A stretch of DNA of 64,000 bases, taken from Chrysomallon squamiferum. Taxonomy: Eukaryota; Animalia; Mollusca. The notes beneath the pieces were generated by a model. That model was given only the letters and a program-made list of their open reading frames with translations. It was not told the DNA's origin and did no database searches. Each line of letters begins with the position of its first letter. The first letter of the stretch is position 1. A program made the position numbers and the translations under genes. Location: positions 15,748,001 to 15,812,000 of the forward strand of contig CM022673.1 of NCBI GenBank assembly GCA_012295275.1, given 5' to 3'. Below are positions 15,146 through 64,000 of the stretch, piece after piece.

Positions 15146-16059
15146 CTGAAAGCCATGCGGATTCTAGGTTTTCTAGAGCCTGATTGAACGTGTGTTCTGT
15201 TTGACTTTTTTCATTATTATTATAATTATTATTTTAAAAAAAAAAGATAAAAAAAAAAAAAAGAAGAATGATATTGATTTTCTTTTTTTATCTTTTTTTT
15301 ATTATTTTGTTTTTATTCTTAATCTTTTAGTGTTCATTTATTGAAAATATTTTCGGATGAAATGTGATATTTCCCAGTTACTTTTTTAAAACTGTCATTG
15401 TTCCAAGTTATTTTTAATTTAATTATCACTTTCTTTATTTTTCTTATTATTTACATTTTTTATTTAGTTTACATTTCTTCTTCTTTTGGGGTTTTTTTTT
15501 TGTTGTTTTTTTTTCTTTTCCTTTTTCTTTTTTTCAATTTTCTTTTAACAGATCATATTCCTACTTTTTTCTCCTTTTTTTATCTTTATTTTAGGAACGA
15601 CAAAATACTGTTGGATATGAGCAACATGGAATCAAAGTGTTGTTTACTGGCTGCCAGGAAACTTACTATTCTGGAGTATACGTGATTGTCAAGAAAAGTG
15701 GATTACCTTACAGAAATAATACACACATTACAAAGCAGGATTTAAATGTTGACTATTTCAGTATAAACAAAAAAGTGTTTTAAACTTTACCATATTGGAA
15801 TATTTAGTAAATACGAAACATACACATTTACTGGATAATCAGAAGAAAAAAAAAACTAACTTACGAAATAGTAATTTTCTTTTTACGACTGATAAACTGT
15901 TGGAATAACAGTCAAGCAATAAAAAGTTTTTATTATTTTTTTTCTTCTTTTTCATCTTCAATACAAAAGGACTTGGAGGACTTGGAAAGAAGATTTGTTT
16001 ACCTTGGATTGTGATTTCTTTTTTACTTGTAACTAGGAAATATTCTGTGATACACAATA

Positions 16060-61098
<45,039 letters not shown>

Positions 61099-61127
61099 GT
61101 GGGAGACCCTTATTTATTCTTCTTCTT

Positions 61128-61194
<67 letters not shown>

Positions 61195-61414
61195 GGTACC
61201 GTTGATGTCATGCTTCTTCTTTTTCTTCTTAAAGATATAATTTGTGTGTATCTGTTTGTCTACAAGTGTCTATGTATACTAATATATGTTTTATATATTT
61301 ATATGTTTGATTGTCATGTTTCTTTGTCAGTAATAGTGAATTTTATGTTTTAATATAAAAACTTATTTATGATTTAAAACGTTTACGTATTTAATTAATG
61401 TAAATTGTTTCTAG

Positions 61415-61471
61415 ATGAGAAACCAATTTCTGGCGGGGTTCAGAGTTACCCAGTGCAAGGACACGTTCAAG
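61415..61471 (+). CDS. Candidate 57-nt exon (DEKPISGGVQSYPVQGHVQ)
   Basis: ttgtttctag| acceptor, AAG|GTAAAA donor; symmetric phase 1-1 and open; GC-richer than its flanks. Confidence 0.55.
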
Positions 61472-61478
61472 GTAAAAC

Positions 61479-61523
<45 letters not shown>

Positions 61524-62844
61524 TGTATGTATGTATGTGTGTCTGTGTGTGTGCGTGCTATCTGTTATGTATACGTATGTTATTTGTGTTTGTTATGTGT
61601 GCATATATTGTGAGTGTTTGTGTGTATAAACATGCTTGATAAGTATACATATGATAAGTGTATTAAGATAAAATAATATTGTAGTAAGATAAAATAATAT
61701 TGCTTTCGAACATAAAACCGTTACTTTATGATAGCCTTCTAAACATTCAGGGTAAAAACATTTTATAAGAATAAATGAAAGAAATTATGTAGGCTACATA
61801 TTGGCTAACTCTTCAAATTTATTGTATAAAAAGGTAAAAATAAAAATAATAATAAATAAAAATAAATAAATAAATATTTTTTGAAAAACAAAGATTAATA
61901 TATATTATATTTTCTTTCTTTCTTTCTTTCTTTTTTTTTTTTTAAATATAATAATAAAATGTCTGCATCAAACACGGGAAATAACTCTTAAATCTGTTCC
62001 CGTCGTTTAACGTAAATGACATCAAAGAATTATATTGTAACTTACGTCTTTATATTTCTGTTTCTTTCCTCGTTTTCTCACAATAATATTACTAGCAAAC
62101 AAAAATCGACAAAATGATTATTACTTTGCACTAAAACCCACACCTCAAACAGCATTTAAATGTCTTTTTTAACACTGCAATTTCGCTGAACTTCACTGTA
62201 ATCCCCGCTCACAGGTCTCCGGGGTTTCGACATGACCCACTAACTCTAAAGAAGTGAACTAATGCAAATAAATTAACGGCCAAACCATATATTACGGAAA
62301 GGTAAATTGTTTCAATAAAAACGACTTTCTTTTCTTCACTGAAATGTCTATTAATGGTTTTTATTTTCCAGTTTCGGCGATATTAAAACTCTTTCAAGTT
62401 TCAAGCATAACGGCTGATACAATTTAGTGAACAAAAAACATCATTTGTACGACTAATATGAACTTAGATTACTTTATTTTGAACCAAACCACCCCGTCGA
62501 GAGTTCGGGAGGTCCTATAGTTATTGTCTTCACGATGGATTTGCCTGAATTAACGTAAATGCCTGAGTGTCATAAAATAATGTTTTACAGTATTTTCAAA
62601 ATTAGTATCACTTTCGAATATGTTGAACCGATCTGAACATTAATAATTATAAAACAAAATAAATAAATAAATAAATAAATAAATATTTGTTTATAGACCT
62701 ACAATCACTTCAAACAGACTGGTCGAACTTTTAATTTTGGTTCCCGATGTTATTTTAATTTTTAATGTTTATTTTTGTACATAATACCTATGTGCACGTT
62801 TACGTGTGTTAATAATATTAATAATAATAATAATAATAATAATA

Positions 62845-62904
<60 letters not shown>

Positions 62905-63055
62905 TATGTTTTGTATTCTATTTGACGAATTTTTTTTTTTTTTTTTTTTTATTACTTTATGTTAGTTTTATTATTAATTATACCTGCTCATGACTCACCA
63001 GCAATATATACACTTACTGATAATTTTTTAAATAAATAAAACACATACACATACT

Positions 63056-63110
<55 letters not shown>

Positions 63111-64000
63111 CTATTCCTTTACTGCCTCGGTCTTTGAACAACACTTCAAAAATTAACTCTTCGCAGAAGTGAATTGATTTCAACAACTACATTGTTAGGT
63201 TGTTGATTTTTTATGAGCAAACTTTGGAGTAAAAAGTCAGCTGCCTTTCTCTGTATCATAAAGTAACTCCAGTGTTCCACTGTTTACCACCAGGGTCATT
63301 TGTTTGATTAGGGTCACAGTAGGGTCGAAGTACGCCAGGTTTGTCAAAACAACGACGGCTAGCGAGAGGGTGGGTGAGCGCCAGACAGTCTCACGAGCCA
63401 CGTGTAAATCTCGTATTCATTGCTTTGCAACTGAGAAATTATGTTCCATAAATATTTACATAACTCCATAACGAGAAAGAAAAGAAAGAATCAAAATTAT
63501 ATAACTGAGAGTTTATTTCTTATTGACCTTAATGAACCTAGAGTGTCGTTAAATTTAAAAATAACGAGTGTCTGTTGCTTTCAAAGGGGAATTTGGTTTT
63601 GTTTTTTGTTTTTTGTTTATTTATAGCAGTCACTTCTTTATAGATAAAATATAAATGTTGAAGCCGTGTTCTTTAATGCGCATGTTGATCATTTTGAATT
63701 TTAGAAAATAGTGTATAGGCAAAAAGTTATAATATATTTTATAAGGAAAATAAATTCTGAACCTGAATCGTTTAAGAAGATAATGTTTAATTTCTGACAC
63801 TAGTAGAAATATTGCTCCAGTATAAATTCTTGGTCACTACGGTTCTATTTACAAAGTCATGCACTTAAAGATTAAACTCGGAAATTTAGTTTATATCTGT
63901 ACCAGTGAGCATACCTCTGTTTACAGCTAAATATTCATAATAAAACGTATTATTATATCAGTCTTTGAATATTTTCCCAGTCTATAATACTGAATGTTGT

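Noticed and set aside
62215-62430. Acceptors at about 62214 and 62371 as the next FTL exon
   Set aside because: Both reach stop codons quickly in phase 1 and lack FTL C-terminal motifs; the gene probably continues beyond the window.

Overview
Eukaryotic (animal) genomic DNA: very AT-rich, dense in microsatellites, with degenerate SINE/MITE relics. These resemble, from memory, mollusc/gastropod repeats, so the taxon is an inference. Almost all listed ORFs are simple-repeat artefacts. The one real gene is an intron-rich plus-strand gene that I reconstructed by hand from GT-AG boundaries with consistent phases. Core coding exons: 16060-16120, 33789-33994, 39045-39167, 40393-40531, 44596-44736, 46070-46242, 54972-55116, 60350-60397 and 60853-61098 (1282 nt, about 427 codons, no stops); the gene runs off the right edge. 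Product: signal peptide + two discoidin (F5/8 type C) domains + Cys linker + an F-type-lectin-like domain whose fucose-binding motif is degenerate. The most interesting extras are three frame-preserving candidate cassette exons (12 nt at 33437-33448, 75 nt at 52356-52430, 57 nt at 61415-61471), an in-frame alternative donor, a probable TATA-less promoter near 14.9-15.1 kb, a dense homeodomain-site cluster in the large intron, and a 100-bp repeat found twice directly against (GA)n tracts. No rRNA, true tRNA, CRISPR array or intact transposase/RT was seen.
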